A DNA stretch of 63,495 nucleotides, filler included, from Octopus bimaculoides (taxonomy: Eukaryota): assembly GCF_001194135.2 (NCBI RefSeq). It is 4 parts of 4 records of this genome, joined end to end, with 100 filler letters (N's around TTAATTAATTAA, not from the genome) between each part and the next. Parts side by side here need not be neighbours in the genome. Positions count along the whole stretch, not along the records: positions 51,270 to 63,495 come from NC_069009.1; 3 more parts are not named here. One strand, given 5' to 3'. Position 1 is the first letter of the stretch, and each line of letters begins with the position of its first letter. This document shows positions 63,325 through 63,495 of this stretch, one piece after another. The position numbers and the translations under genes were made by a program. A model generated the notes under the pieces. The model made no database searches, was not told the DNA's origin, and saw only the letters and a list, made by a program, of their open reading frames with translations.

Positions 63325-63495
63325 AGGAGTGATGTGTAGTAAATAGCTTGCGTACCAACCACATGGTTCCAAGCTCAGTCCCACTGCGTAGCACCTTACA
63401 CAAGTGTTTTCTATTATAGCTTCGGGCAGACTAAAGCCTTGTGAGTGGATTGAGGAGGCAGAAACTCAAAGACCTTCGTGTACGTGTGTATATAT
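63325..63495 (+). mobile_element. SINE family B 5' half, runs off the window
   Basis: ggcgcaggagtgatgtgtagtaaatagcttgc...cagtcccactgcgtagcacc. Confidence 0.85.

Noticed and set aside
13827-63495. tRNA-like A/B boxes as tRNA genes
   Set aside because: All are SINE heads followed by SINE bodies; I saw no complete cloverleaf.

Overview
AT-rich eukaryotic genomic DNA from a gapped short-read scaffold; N-runs sit mostly at microsatellites. The SINE families, microsatellite density and TE mix point to an octopus, probably Octopus bimaculoides-like (inference from recalled repeat families, not from a search). Most of the window is repeat-derived: a full-length decayed mariner (5.7-7.0 kb), RTE, CR1-type, R4/Dong-like, Gypsy and Penelope remnants, many tRNA-type SINEs, several MITEs, and 50, 51 and 107 bp tandem repeats. 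Nearly all long ORFs in the supplied track are artefacts of N-runs, microsatellites or TE antisense strands. Reading splice sites by hand gives one fairly good minus-strand protein-coding gene that I cannot name: phase-consistent exons at 48763-48800, 46298-46440 and 40276-40547, probable further exons at 49-50 kb, and a candidate TCT-type first exon at about 56.9 kb. It sits in a CpG-depleted domain. A weaker second minus-strand gene starts at about 10.4 kb. I found no prokaryote-type system (no CRISPR, operon or defence locus) and no clearly new biological system. The best leads are the unnamed gene, an in-frame 51-bp repeat amplified from the RT coding motif of an RTE LINE, and several ambiguous splice/RNA signals.
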